From the NCBI GenBank assembly GCA_030390025.1, contig CM059425.1:165852001-165916000 (forward strand): DNA of 64,000 bases, read 5' to 3'. Below are positions 37,761 through 49,999 of the stretch, piece after piece. How positions within the stretch are numbered: position 1 is the stretch's first letter; every line of letters starts with the position of its first letter. The stretch comes from Squalus acanthias. Taxonomy: Eukaryota. The notes beneath the pieces are model-generated. The model worked only from the letters and a program-made list of their open reading frames with translations. It did no database searches and was not told the origin of the DNA. Both the position numbers and the translations under genes were made by a program.

Positions 37761-39825
37761 CCCAGCATATCCCTCACTCTACCGTTACCCCCAAGCCAGG
37801 GGACCAACCCTGGTTCAATAAGGAGTGTAGAAGAGTATGCCAGGAGCAGCACCAGGCGTACCTAAAAATGAGGTGCCAATCTGGGGAAGCTGCAACACAG
37901 GACTACACACATGCTAAAAAGCGAAAGCAGCATGCTATAGACAGGGCTAAGCGATCCCACAATCAACGGATCAAATCAAAGCTCTGCAGTCCTGCCACAT
38001 CCAGTCGTGAATGGTGGTAGACCATTAAACAACTAACGGGAGGAGGAGGCTCCATGAATATCCCTATCCTCAATGATGGTGGAGCCCAGCACATGAGTGC
38101 AAAAGACAAGGCTGAAGCGTTTGCAACCATCTTCAGCCAGAAGTGCCGAGTGGATGATCCATATCGGTCTCCTCCTGAGGTCCCCACTATCACAGAAGCC
38201 AGTCTTCAGCCAATTCGATTCACTCCACGTGATATCAAGAAACGGCTGAGCGCACAAGATACAGAAAAGGCTATGGGCCCCAACAACATCCCAGGCTATC
38301 GTGCTGAAGACTTGTGCTCCAGAACTAGCCGCGCCTCTAGCCAAGCTGTTCCAGTACAGCTACAACACTGGCATCTATCCGACAATGTGGAGAACTGCCC
38401 AGGCATATCCTGTCCACAAAAAGCAGGACAAATCCAACCCGCCCAATTACCACCCCATCAGTCTACTCTCAATTATCAGCAAAGTGATGGAAGGTGTCAT
38501 CGACAGTGCTATCAAGTGGCACTTACTCACCAAAAACCTGCTCACTGATGCCCAGTTTGGGTTCCACGAAGACCACTCGGCTGCCAACCTCATTACAGCC
38601 TTGGTCCAAACATGGACAAAGGAGCTGAATTCCAGAGGTGAGGTGAGAGTGACTGCCCTTGACAGCAAGGCAACATTTGACCGAGTGTGGCATCAAGGAG
38701 CCCTAGTAAAACTAAAGTCAATGGGAATTGGGGCGGGGGGGGGAAAGCTCCACAAGCTGGGGTCATACCTAGCACAAAGGAAGATGGTTGTGGTGGTTGA
38801 AGGTCAATCATCACAGCCCGAGGACATCGCTGCAGGAGTTCCTCACGGCAGTGTCCTAGGCCCAACCATCTTCAGCTGCTTCATCAATGACCTTCCCTCC
38901 AACATCAGGTCAGAAATGGGGATGTTCGCTGATGACTGCAGTGTTCAGTGCCATTCACTACTCCTCAGATAATGAAGTAGTCCATGCCCGCATGCAACAA
39001 GACCTGGACGACGTTAAGGCTTGGGCTGGTAAGTGGCAGGTAACATTCGCGCCACAGAAGTGCCAGGCAATGACTATCTCCAACAAGCGAGAGTCTAACC
39101 ATCTCCCCTTGACATTCAACGGCATTACCATCGCTGAATCCCCCACCATCAATATCCTGGGGATCACCATTGACCAGAAACTTAACTGGACCAGCCACAT
39201 AAATACTGTGGCAACAGGAGCAGGTCAGAGGCTGGGTATTCTGCAGCGAGTGTCTCACCTCCTAACTCCCCAAAGCCTTTTCACCATCTGCAAGGCACAA
39301 ACAAATAAGGAGTGTGATGGAATACTCTCCACTTGCCTGGATGAGTACAGCTCCAACAACACTCAAGAAGCTCGACACCATCCCGGACAAAGCAGCCGCT
39401 TGATTCGCACCCCATCCACCACCTTAAACATTCACTCCCTCCACCACCGGTGTATTGTGGCTGCAGTGTATACTATCTGCAAGATGCACTGCAGCAACTC
39501 GCCAAGGCTTCTTCGGCAGCACCTCCCAAACCCGCGACCTCTTCCACCTAGAAGGACAAGGGCAGCAGGCGCATGGGAACACCACCACCTCCAAGTTCCC
39601 CTCCAAGTCACAGACCATCCTGACTTAGAAGTATATCGCCGATCCTTCATCGTCGCTGGGTCAAAATCCTGGAACTCCCTCCCGAACAGCACTGTGGGAG
39701 TACCTTCACCACACAGGCGGCAGCAGTTCAAGAAGGCAGCTCACCACCACCTTCTCAAGGGAAATTAGGGATGGGCAATAAATGCTGGCCTTGCCAGCTA
39801 CGCCCACATCCCATAAACAAATTTT
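37761..39825 (+). mobile_element. LINE family B, 5'-truncated copy 2
   Basis: Colinear with 17718-19770; RT motifs with frameshifts; same 3' tail. Confidence 0.93.
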
Positions 39826-40416
39826 TAAAAAATGCTCATAGACCTTAATGAAGAATTTTTCTTGCAAAACTGTTTTGTGCTCATTGAGGTGAGGAATACC
39901 AGAGCTGGGGAACTGACTACTTTTCCAGTTCGGGTATTCAGTGTAACTGAGTATACTACAACCAGATTGCGTCACACTGCCCCAACAATGTGGTCCAATC
40001 CCACTCTTGAGCGTATCACTCTTATTAAGCAACATGGGAGCCAAACATTCTCAGCCATGCTCTGCTGGCCAATCTGTGGTAGAGCGGCCACCAGTGATCT
40101 CCACTCCTGACCCTTCTGAAGTACATTTCATAGTTATGTACATTGCTCACTACATTTATTTAACTAACTTACTGAATTTCATCATTAATTTGCTGGCTGC
40201 ATTTCATAATTATTAGTTGCTGCAATTATTAATTACCTTACTTCCTGCATTTAATTTAATTAACTACATTTGAAAAGCATTTTATAAATCAATCAGTTGC
40301 TCACTATTGTTAATAAATTTTCTATATGAATTTATTTATAACTCTGAGTTTATTATTATGAACTCATCCATTTTATTCATGAGCAACATTATGGGAGATT
40401 AACAGTGTTCCATAAT

Positions 40417-40872
40417 GGCCCGTATTTTCCGATCGCGATCCTCCCGCGGGCGGAGGCCTGCGATCTGAAAAAATCTACGCCCTTACCTGAGGGCTCCCAG
40501 GACGCACACGCTTCCGCTCCTGGGCCTCACCAAACTTGAAGTGCGCAGCGCCCACATATCCCAGAGGCGCATGTAGTTCGCAGCGTCCCTGGGATCACGT
40601 GGGCCATGGGGAGCCAATCACAGAAGGGAATCTCCCTTCTACATTTGACAGGAAGACCTTTTTTTACCAGGCGTAAGAATTGTAAGGGTTTTCTGCGGGC
40701 GGAGGGTCTCCAAAAAGCGGAACTATCCGCCCGCAGAGGCCCTTCTCCAGTGCAACCGGAGGATCTGTCAAGAGGATTCTTGACAGATCGGAAATGCCGG
40801 TTTTCAGCGCGTGCGCGGTGCATGCCTGAAACCGGCATTTCCGATGTCCCTACGGGTGGGTACACAGCACGT
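40417..40872. mobile_element. Harbinger-type MITE, right end lost at CR1 junction
   Basis: AAT|GGCCCGTATTTT left end; hairpin ATCGGAAATGCCGGTTT / AAACCGGCATTTCCGAT related to 33785-33830. Confidence 0.65.
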
Positions 40873-41385
40873 ATCTAAGGAAGGATATACTTGCCTTAGA
40901 TGTGGTGCAACGAAGGTTCACTGGATTGATTCCTGAGTTGAGAGGGTTGTCCTATGAGAAGAGATTTAGTAGATCGGGCCGATACTCTGTGGAGTTTAGA
41001 AGAATGAGAGGTGATCTCATTGAAACATATAAGATTCTGAGGGGGATTGACCGGATAAATGCTGAGAGATTGTTTCTCCTGGCTGGAGAGTCTAGAACTA
41101 GGGGGCATAGTCTCAGGATAAGGGGTCAGCCTTTTAAGACTGAGATGAGGAGGAATTTCTTCACTCAGAGGGGTTGTGAGTCTTTGGAATTCTCTGCCCC
41201 AAAGGGGTTGAGTATATTCAAGGCTGAGATAGATAAATTTTTGGACTCTAGGGGAATCAAGGGATATGGGGATCAGGCGGGAAAGTGGAGTTGAGGTCGA
41301 AGATCAGCCATGATCTTATTGAATGGCGGAGCAGGCTCAGGGGGCCGTATGGTCTACTCCTGCTCATAATTCTTATGTTCTTATG
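40873..41385 (+). mobile_element. CR1 (HER1-like) 3' fragment
   Basis: VQRRFTGLIP...RGDLIETYKI followed by the tail (TTCTTATG)n. Confidence 0.92.
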
Positions 41386-41790
41386 TATGCTCAAGGGAAT
41401 ACAAGCCTAGTCTACACAACTTGTCTTTATAATTTAACCCTTTTAGCCCTGGTATCATTCTGGTGAATATGCGCTGCACCCCCCTCCAAGGCCAATATAT
41501 CGCCTTCCTATGGTGCAGTGTCCAGAACTGAATGCAGTATTCTAAATGGGGTCTAACCAGAGCTTCATATAACTGTAACATAACTTTCACCCCTTTGTAT
41601 TCCAGCCCCTTGAGATAAAGTAGCCTTTTTAGTTATGTTTTTGTACCTGTCCACTAGCTTTTAGTGATTTCTGAACATGGACACCTAACTCGCTCTGCTC
41701 CTCCACAGTTCCTAACTTCCCACCATTTAGAAAATACTGTGATCTATCTTTCTGAGTTCCAAAGTGGATGTCCTCACACTTCCCAGTATA
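41386..41790 (-). mobile_element. CR1 ORF2 fragment
   Basis: LQLYEALVRPHLEYCIQFW on the minus strand. Confidence 0.85.
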
Positions 41791-41831
41791 GTTAATATTA
41801 CAACAATAAAGCTACTCCTAACATTTGAGTA

Positions 41832-42266
41832 CAGGTTGGGCGTCCTGAATCCGGCAACCTCGGGACCGAGGCCGAGCCGGTTTTCGTGTTTTTCCAGACT
41901 TCGGAACGTGTTTCTGATGTCCGAAGTCCGGAAATATTGCAACCTGGGCTCGGGCGTTTCCGGACTTCGGACATCAGAAACACGTTCCGAGTCCGGAAAT
42001 GCCTGAGCTGCTCCATGTAGCACTGACGCGTTTCTCCGCCCCTCCCCTTCTGTTAAAGGGGAGGGACACTGCGAGCTCTGCAGAGCATCCGATGGCCCAC
42101 ACTAGGCCACCAGGGCGGCGTGGTGCCGTGGCCGCAGCCTGGTAGAAACACTTAGTGGAGCTCTGCAGATTAAGGAGAATAAAACACAACACTAAAGTTT
42201 TATTGCATCACTCGCACTTTTCCTAGGATTTTTCTAAAAAAATAACAAAAGTTATACTTTTTGAAG
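41832..42266. mobile_element. Tigger/pogo-like element left arm
   Basis: TA|CAGGTTGGGCGTCC start, similar to the TIR of the adjacent MITE; internal perfect 34-bp inverted repeat. Confidence 0.6.
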
Positions 42267-42268
42267 TA

Positions 42269-42437
42269 TAGGTTGAGCGTCCAAAATCCGGAGTTCCGGA
42301 TTCCGGAACATTTTACGGATTCCGGACGACCCTGCCACCAATCGTCCCAGATTCCGGAACATTCCGGATTCCGGAACTCCCCAATCGTCCCGGATTCCGG
42401 AACATTCCGGAACTCCGGATTTTGGATGCTCAACCTG
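42269..42437. mobile_element. Tc1/mariner (Tigger/pogo-like) MITE
   Basis: TA|TAGGTTGAGCGTCCAAAATCCGGAGTTCCGGA ... TCCGGAACTCCGGATTTTGGATGCTCAACCTG|TA. Confidence 0.85.
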
Positions 42438-43789
42438 TATTGTGTTGTTTAATAATATTTGTTGTAGTGTCAGTGTGTAAGACTGAAATTTCTTTCAACC
42501 TGTAGAGCAAATGGAAACGGATCCAGTACTGCCTGATTCCCTTCTTAATAGTCGATATATAACGTCATTACTGTTCCTGTCTTAACCTCTGCCGCCGCCC
42601 CCCCCCCCCCCCCTCCACATGACAGCACAATAGATCATGTCAGTGAAGCTAAACTTAGTGAATGTCCTGTATACAATCACTTTAATTATAGGCACAAGTA
42701 ATGCAGTAAAAGTACATCTCTGTATAAAACCACTGTTTCTTTGAATAGTTAAAATATGTACTTCCACACCTCCTTGAAATTTTGACAGTCTGTCAAAAGC
42801 CACTAACTGATGGATATTCTAATTCTAGTAGTATCACAAGAGATAAAACAGACTTCCATGTTCATGTTAGGAATACAGGAGCTGCTGCAGCAGCAATTCA
42901 AATATCCTGTATCAATGCAAACATTTTCCACAGAGTAACCGTTGCAGTTTTATACATCACTTCCACTACCTGTGGAACTTCTCTTGTGAGCAGGGTCACG
43001 ATGTGAAACTCTATGTCACATGTGTGCAAAAACTTAAGCATAGAATAACTAGCACTTGCTGAGCCAGATTAGGATCTGCAAATGCTATCTCTGACTTGGC
43101 CATTGATACCCCAGTAAATTTCTTTCTCTGCTCCAGCAACCATTCGAGTCAAGTTCACAAGACCTCTGTCCCTTGTTATAGTTGCCTTCAGCTGCAACCT
43201 AACGTGCCGCCTAATTTACAAAATAATAAATATTTGATCACATAGGTTGCAGCACAGCATGTGTTATCTGTTGGCCTTTGGCTAAAACAAAATCAAGCAG
43301 TTTCAGATTCTGCAAATACACAAATGTAGCTGGATGACTACAGTACAGATGTTGGCAGAATCTACACACAAACTCACAAACATCCACTTAGTTCAAGCTG
43401 CAAACTCCCAAGTATGGTAGTAACAAATGAGATCATTGCCTCCATTTAGAATTGTACTGCTGAAAATATAACTGCAATCCCCTGTCCTAAGTTCCCCAGA
43501 GCAGCACAATTGGAGTTCATTATTACCATTACATCAAGGTCTCTGGTACTTCTTTGAACTACTAGTTTGTTGTTCTGATCCTTTTGCTCAGCTCAGGCAT
43601 TAGTGGAATACTCTTCTTTATCCCACACAAAATAACAGGATGAATAGTTGATGCCCAGCTTCATGTTGAGAGTATCTCAAGGGTATCCTCAATCAGGCCA
43701 GACTGTGCCCAAACAAATTATACTGTATTTTCAAATCCTAATCCAGTAGAAAATAATGGATACCTGTAAGTGAATTAATGGCAAGTAAT

Positions 43790-46320
43790 TTACGAACACA
43801 TACAAACTACAAACAATGATGGTCAGGTAAAGACCATCTGGTCCATCGAGCCTGTCCCACGCAATTGCGATACCTTGTGTGTCACAACATATACACTCCA
43901 CCACACCCAAAACCATGTGATCTCCTGGGAGAGGCAGGAAAACAGATAAAAAAACACAGGCCAATTTGGGGAAAAAAAATTCTGGGAAATTCCTCTCCGA
44001 CCCATCTAGGCGATCGAAACTAGTCCAGGAGATCACTCTGGCCTTAAATTTCCTGTAGTACCAACCTTCTGTAAGAGGTGATCTCCGCCCCAGCCGAAAC
44101 AAATCCAGCTCTCACCTGAAGGAATTCAGCGAGTCCACGTCCACCAAACGAGACGGCTGCCTGTTCCAGAGGTCCACGATTCTCTGGGAAAAGAACCAAC
44201 TCCTGACTTTTTTTAAAATTTGTTTTATGGGATGTGGGCATCGCTGGCAAGGCCAGCATTTATTGCCCATCCCTAATTGCCCTTGAGAAGGTGGTGGTGA
44301 GCTGCCGCCTTGAACCGCTGCAGTCCATGTGGTGAAGGTTCTCCCACAGTGCTGTTAGGGAGGGAGTTCCAGGATTTTGACCCAGCGACGATGAAGGATC
44401 GGCGATATACATCTAAGTCAGGATGGTCTGTGACTTGGAGGGGAACTTGGAGGTGGTGATGTTCCCATGCACCTGCTGCCCTTGTCCTTCTAAGTGGAAG
44501 AGATCGTGGATTTGGGAGGTGCTGCTGAAGAAGCCTTGGTGAGTTGCTGCAGTGCATCTTGTAGATGGTACAAACTGTAGCCACAGTACGCTGGTGGTGG
44601 AGGGACTGAATGTTTAAGATGGTGGATGGGATGCCAATCAAGCGGGCTGCTTTGTCCTGGATGGTGTTGAGCTTCTTCAGTGTTGTTGGAGCTGCACTCA
44701 TCCAAGCAAGTGGAGAGTATTCCATCACACTCCTTACTTGTGCCTTGTAGATGGTGGAACTGCTTTGGGGAGTCAGGAGGTGAGACACTCACCGCAGAAT
44801 ACCTAGCCTCTGACCTGCTCTTGTTGCCACAGTATTTATGTGGCTGGTCCAGTTAAGTTTCTGGTCAATGGTGACCCCCAGGATGTTGATGGTGGGGGTT
44901 TCGGTGATGGTAATGACGTTGAATGTCAAGGGGAGGTGGTTAGACTCTCGCTTGTTGGAGATAGTCATTGCCTGGCACTTCTGTGGCACGAATGTTACCT
45001 GCCACTTATCAGCCCAAGCCTGAACGTTGTCCAGGTCTTGTTGCATGTGGGCACGGACTGCTTCCTTATCTGAAGAGTTGTGAATGGCGCTGAACACTGT
45101 GCAGTCATCAGCGAACATCCCCATTTCTGACCTTATGTTGGAGGGAAGGTCATTGATGAAGCAGCTGAAGATGGTTGGGCCTAGGACACTGCCCTGAAGA
45201 ACTCCTGCAGCGATGCCCTGGGGCTGTGATGATTGACCTTCAACTACCACATCCATCGTCCTTTGTGCTAGGTATGACTCCAGCCAGTGGACCGTTTTAC
45301 CCCTGATTCCCATTGACTTCAGTTTTACTAGGGCTCCTTGATGCCAGACTCGGTCAAATGCTGCCTTGATGTCAAGGACAGTCACTCTCACCTCACCTCT
45401 GGAATTCAGCTCCTTTGTCCATGTTTGGACCAAGGCTGTAATGAGGTCGGCAGCCGAGTGGTCTTGGCGGAACCCAAACTGAGCATCAGTGAGCAGGTTA
45501 TTGGTGAGTAAGTGCCGCTTGATAGCACTGTCGATGACACCTTCCATCACTTTGCTGATGATTGCGAGTAGACATCTGACCTAGATCTAGCCTTATACAA
45601 CTTACATTTGTGACCCCAGGTCCTGCCTAACCTGTTTAATTGAAATAAACTGTCAGCTGGAACACAATCTATTCCCTTCATTATCTTATAAACCTCAATC
45701 AGATCACCTCTAAGTCTACATTTCTCTAAGGTCTGGAGTCCCAACCCTTTTAGCCTATCTTGATAACTAAGATGCTTTAGACTGGGAATTCGTCTAGTGG
45801 CCCTCCTCTACACACTTTCCAAAGCCTCGATATCACCCACCATGTGAGGAGATCAAAACTGGACACAGTATTCCAAGTATGGCCTGACCAAGGTCTTGTA
45901 CAAGGACAAAATAGTATGCCTCGTCTTATACTCAATTGCCCTATGGATACACACCAACACCCTATTAAATATCTTTAATTTATAGAAACATTTCTGTTTA
46001 CATCTTATTTGTCTTTGTACACAACCAGTCAGCCACCTTGGCTTTTTCTTACCACATTTCCTTCTTTTGACTTTGGGTACATATTTGATTTCCACATTTT
46101 TTATCTTGTTCTTAAAAACTTTCCATTTATATTCTACATAGCTCTCATCACCACCCAGTAGGGTTAGCCAATTTACCCGATCCAAATCATCTGCCATTTT
46201 GGTGAAGTTTGCTCTTCTGAAATCTGGTATGAGTTGCAGGTTCTCATTACTTTAGTTCTACTAGCCAATTGGAACCGTATAATGTTGTGGTCACTGTTGG
46301 CCAGATGTTCCCCCACATTA
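43790..46320 (-). mobile_element. CR1 (third subfamily) with large internal deletion, interrupted by LINE family B
   Basis: RGDLIEVYKIMKG and LVRPYLEYCVQF motifs; APE/linker sequence fused to the post-RT region near 45968; sequence continuous across 44207|45574. Confidence 0.82.
44208..45573 (-). mobile_element. LINE family B, 5'-truncated copy 3 nested in CR1
   Basis: ORFs 44273-44788 and 44789-45550 match copy 1; GAC duplicated or microhomologous at the junctions. Confidence 0.93.
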
Positions 46321-46717
46321 TTTTTAAAATAATTTATACAAAATACTGATTTTTTTTTAAGTAAATGTTGCTTTTGTTATGACAGTGTATTTTTCAAACA
46401 TAGGTTTTTCAATATTGCTTGAACCTGAAAATTGCTCTGTGTGATGCAAGACAAAGCATATTAGGGTAGCCAGGCTCACATGGAGCACGGACCAGAGATT
46501 GATCTAAAAAATTATAGCCCGATTCTCCAACCTGATTTCCCTTTTGAACGTGGCTCCTCTATGAAAACACGGAATCAGTGCATTATCAATTTTAGATTCT
46601 TCTAGAAGATATGTTGCCTAATGTGATTGAAAGTACTTCTCTCCTCCTACATGCTTTTCTTTCATATAGATTAGATACCAAAAAATCTCAGTGACTTAGT
46701 CTGAATAAAAGAAGAAA

Positions 46718-48220
46718 GAACTTGCATTTATATAGAGCGTTTCATGGATTGAAAATTGGTTAACAGACAGGAAACAGAGAGTAGGAATAAATGGGTCTTT
46801 TCGGGGTGGCAGGCGGTGACTAGTGGGGTACCGCAGGGATCAGTGCTTGGGCCCCAGCTATTCACAATATATATCAATGATTTGGATGAGGGAACCAACT
46901 GTAATATTTCCAAGTTTGCTGACGACACAAAACTAGGTGGGATTGTGAGGAGGATGCAAAGAGGCTTCAAGGTGATTTAGACAAGTTGAGTGAGTGGGCA
47001 AATACATGGCAGATGCAGTATAACATGGATAAATATGAAGTTATCCACTTTGGTAGGATAAACAGAAAGGTAGAGTATTATTTAAATGGTGCTAGATTGG
47101 GAAATGCTGATGTACAAAGGGACCTGGGTGTCCTTGTACACCAGTCACTGAAAGCAAACATGCAGGTGCAGCAAGCAGTTAGGAAGGCAAATGGTATGTT
47201 GGCCTTCATTGCAAGAGGATTTGAGTACAGGAGCAAGGATGTCTTACTACAGTTATATAGGGCCTTGGTGAAACCACACCTGGAGTACTGTGTGCAGTTT
47301 GGTCTCCTTACCTAAGAAAGGATATACTTGCCATAGAGGGAATGCAGCGAAGGTTCACCAGACTGATTCCTGGGATGGCAGGACTGTCGTATGAGGAGAG
47401 ATTGGGTCGACAGGCCTGTATTCACGAGAGTTTAGAAGAATGAGAGGGGATCTCATTGAAACGTATAAAATTCTGACAGGGCTAGACAGACTGGCTGCAG
47501 GGAGGATGTTTCCCCTGGTTGGGGGGTCTAGAACGAGGGGTCACAGTCTCAGGATACGGGGTAGGACATTTAGGACTGAGATGAGGAGAAATTTCTTCAC
47601 TCAGAGGGTGGTGAACCTGTGGAATTCACTACCAGAAGGCTGTGGAGGCTAAATCACTGAATATATTTAAGAAGGAGATAGATAGATTTCTAGAAACAAA
47701 AGGCATCAAGGGGTATGGGGAGAGAGCAGGAATATGGTATTGAGATAGAGGATCAGCCATGATCATATTGAATGGCGGAGCAGGCTCGAAGGGCCGAATG
47801 GCCGACTCCTGCTCCTATTTTTCTATGTTTCATAACTTCAGGATGTCCCAAGAGCTTCATAGCAAATGAAGTACTTTTTTGAAGCGTAGTCACTGTTGTA
47901 ATGTGGGAAATTGCAGCAGCCAATTTGTGCATAGCAAGGTCTCACAAACAGCAATGAGATATTAGACCAGGTAATCTGTTTTAAGTGATGTTGGTTGAGA
48001 AATAAATACTGATCAGGACACTGGGAACTCCCTTGTTCATCTTAGGATATTTTTCATCCACCTGGGAGGGCAGTCAGGGTCTCGGTTTAATGTCTCACCT
48101 TCAACAATGCAGCACTCTCAGTACTGTACTGTAGTGTCAGCCTAGATTATGTGCTCAAGATGTGGAGTGGGGCTTGAACCCCACGACCCTCTGACTGAGA
48201 GGCAAGAGTGCAGAGCTAAG
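46718..48220 (-). mobile_element. Deu-domain SINE split by a CR1 insertion (46718-46745 + 47834-48220)
   Basis: Tail AACTTGCATTTATATAG..GTTTCAT resumes as AACTTCAGGATGTCCC; tRNA-like head near 48165-48220. Confidence 0.8.
46746..47826 (+). mobile_element. CR1 (HER1-like) 5'-truncated copy
   Basis: [18 protein letters not shown] and the HER1-type tail; GTTTCAT duplicated at 46739-46745 and 47827-47833. Confidence 0.93.
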
Positions 48221-49238
48221 GCTTATTATGCAAACAGATGGGTATTCATGAGATACTGATTCTCTTGCCTTGTTTTTCTGCAAGTGTTTTTGTCCTTCTT
48301 GGTCTTAAGTAGTGATCAAGAGCAGGAATGATGACTTATTTCCCCTCCCCCCACCCAGTTGGAGCCAGTTGTAGTGTCCCTAGCTGAGATCGCCTAATTC
48401 CGCATAGACCAGGGATCGAACCATTCGCTTTCCTGATCTGCATGGCTCATTTACTCACTGAGCCTTTGGGGGAGCCTTGAATGTATATTCCACAGGGAGT
48501 ACTGATGATGACATTTAACCCTTAATCTCAAATCTGCAATGCCATTTATTGCTCTAATTCAACAAAGTCTGCAGTTTTTGTAGAGAAATGCTGAACATTC
48601 AGATCAGAATTATACAGTTCTTGCCATGGCCACAATCAGTGGCTGACACCAAGATGATTTGTGGCTGAAATGTAAATGCAGTCAGTATTCTACAAGCTAT
48701 GTCATTCCCTACAACCTGCAGTGTAATAAACCTTTAGTCACTGCTGCCCTAACCACATGGTGTAATCGCAATTCAGTTCATGCCACATGACTCTGCCTTC
48801 TGTTGCTGTCTGCCATGACGAGCCCTTACAGCAAATTAATCTCTTACTGAGAATTAAATGAAATGGTTCCCATGATGTACATCTGTGTATATTGTACAGA
48901 AGATTGGAGTATGTGTCAAGGGCACAACACATCTTGGGGATAAATTGAAGCTTTCTTCCCTTGATTTTTGACATTGTCTGAATTCCTTGAAGTCTGGCTA
49001 GTTTGTAACATGCTGCAGCTTATTGGTTATCTTACTTATATCAGTTCACCCCATAAAATATTCCTGTAGATTAGCCATCAGGTATAACATTCTCAAATAT
49101 ATCCCAATGCCTTTGATAAAGTGCACATTATTTGTGGCTTCTTCATTAATAAAGATCAGTATACAGTGTATGCTATACCTGCTCCTGCGGGCATTATTAT
49201 AGACAAGCATAACTGTATTTAATACTGTAATGTTGTTA

Positions 49239-49415
49239 TGCCGTGTACATGCCTCCCAACCTGCCGTGTACACCCCCCCCCCACCCGCCGTGTACACGCC
49301 CCCAAACCCGCCGTGTACACCCTCCCCCCAACCCGCCGTGTACACGCCCCCAACCTGCCGTGTACATGCCCCCCAACCCGCCGTGTACACGCCCCCCAAC
49401 CCGCCGTGTACACAC
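49239..49415. repeat. ~22-23-bp minisatellite, about 8 units
   Basis: Unit CCGCCGTGTACACGCCCCCCAAC with variable C-run. Confidence 0.9.
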
Positions 49416-49967
49416 TCCCGTTGTCATTTTTACGGTGGCGGGTAGCGTGCCGTGTGAGTGACCTGCTCTCGAGGCGGGGCACTTCATTAACATATTTAAA
49501 TCAGGCTCCCATAGTGCAATTGGGAGCCTGGTTTAAATTGAACAGTTGCCAGCCGTGTTTCCCTCATGCCCCGATCTGTTGCTCCCTCCATCCCGATTGC
49601 TGCTATCATCCTCCCCCCCCCCCCCCCCCACAGCAAGCCCCAATCTCTCGTTCCCTCCCTCTCGATTGCCACTCTGTTCCTTCCACCCACCCCCCCCCCC
49701 CCCCACACACACACACACACACACCAAGCCCCAATCTGTAGCACCCTCCCTCCCAATTGCCAGGGACTGTCCCCAAGGGTTCCTGGCTGCGGCCTCCTGC
49801 CGCTGGTTTTCCCACCCGGAAGCCGGTCAGCCTATCAATTTGGCCAGCTGCAGGGCAAGATACGGAAGAAAAAAATTATAATAAGGTCCTGCCATCGGCG
49901 TCCCTGGCCTTGTTGGGTTTCCCCCATGCTACTGCATTCTCCCCAACTCCCCGTAAATATCGGGCCC
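49416..49967. mobile_element. Harbinger-type MITE, right end intact
   Basis: Ends AATATCGGGCCC|ATT, the reverse complement of the GGGCCC(C)GATATT end at 21162. Confidence 0.6.
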
Positions 49968-49999
49968 ATTGTGTCTAGAGCTGATAAAAGTATAGATAA

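Noticed and set aside
42496..42504. CAACCTG|TA as right end of the 41832 element
   Set aside because: Only 7 bp match the left TIR, which could be chance.
49239..49415. CRISPR-like array
   Set aside because: Eukaryotic context, no unique spacers (only variable C-runs) and no cas genes.
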